Positions 63,587-64,000 of a stretch of 64,000 nucleotides of DNA are shown one piece after another (the stretch's first letter is position 1; each line of letters begins with the position of its first letter). Made by a program: the position numbers and the translations under genes. The notes beneath the pieces were generated by a model, which was not told where the DNA came from, ran no database searches, and saw only the letters and a list, made by a program, of their open reading frames with translations. Origin of the DNA: Candidatus Omnitrophota bacterium (GTDB lineage Bacteria; Omnitrophota; Gorgyraeia; B26-G9); NCBI GenBank assembly GCA_043826565.1, contig JBDRPX010000015.1, positions 3,317-67,316 of the forward strand, read 5' to 3'.

Positions 63587-63606
63587 ATGTCCACAAGTTA
63601 TCCACA
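63587..63606 (+). promoter_or_regulatory. DnaA boxes upstream of dnaA
   Basis: Perfect TTATCCACA at 63598-63606 and a degenerate box at 63587-63595. Confidence 0.8.
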
Positions 63607-63755
63607 AGGTGCTTATGTCATTAGGGAGTAAACTCTTAATGTATTATAGCAAAAGAAACACATAATTCAAGAGTTTTTTTGTGTTTTTTATTGACTAAGC
63701 TAACTTTTATGTTATAATTCTCTCTATATCTATATAAGGAAAGGTGTAGCCGGAA

Positions 63756-63893
63756 ATGAAAAAAAATCTTACAAGAAAATCAAATCTTAAGAGGAAAAGA
63801 AAACATGGCTTTCGCGAACGTATGAAAACTGAAGACGGCCGCGAGGTCATAAAAAGAAGAAGGCGCAAAGGGCGTAAGGTCCTCACAGCTTAA
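63756..63893 (+). CDS. rpmH: 50S ribosomal protein L34
   Basis: Manual translation [45 protein letters not shown]; divergent from dnaA. Confidence 0.95.
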   Translation: MKKNLTRKSNLKRKRKHGFRERMKTEDGREVIKRRRRKGRKVLTA

Positions 63894-63894
63894 A

Positions 63895-64000
63895 ATGAAG
63901 AGGTTTTGTTTTTCGAAAGAGGAACATTTATTAAAAACCTTTCAATTTAAAAGCGTCTATCAGCAGGGACGTTTGTTGAAAAGTAAATATGCGTGGATAT
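63895..64000 (+). CDS. rnpA: RNase P protein component, 5' part
   Basis: MKRFCFSKEEHLLKTFQFKSVYQQG directly after rpmH. Confidence 0.88.
   Translation, partial: MKRFCFSKEEHLLKTFQFKSVYQQGRLLKSKYAWI

Overview
Low-GC bacterial chromosome segment that ends in the replication-origin region (rnpA-rpmH / dnaA-dnaN-dciA-remB-like-gyrB-gyrA, then archease-rtcB and serS). The gene content (porins, PEP-CTERM protein, many TPR/HEAT proteins, large exported proteins with shared terminal motifs) suggests a diderm, possibly Ca. Omnitrophota/PVC; this is inference only. The main non-routine structure is around two tRNA-Ser genes (24351-24440 minus, 33640-33727 plus). (1) Downstream of tRNA-Ser(TGA) lie two tandem integrase-less cassettes (33728-38743 and 38744-47198). 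They share a ~310 bp structured left end carrying a tRNA 3' copy and a promoter, and a 267 bp right end carrying an HTH gene fragment that begins exactly at TCCGCCA. Their cargo differs: SPase I plus a divergent SecY paralog in one, glycosyltransferases and TPR/secreted proteins in the other. (2) Upstream of both tRNAs are small GIY-YIG nuclease genes embedded in a co-varying hairpin repeat that is repeatedly followed by a tRNA 5' end. Separately, two unrelated large proteins share an N-terminal CLSP motif and a C-terminal LVxQxI motif, a candidate sorting tag pair. All calls come from reading the sequence and from motif recall; no database searches were run.
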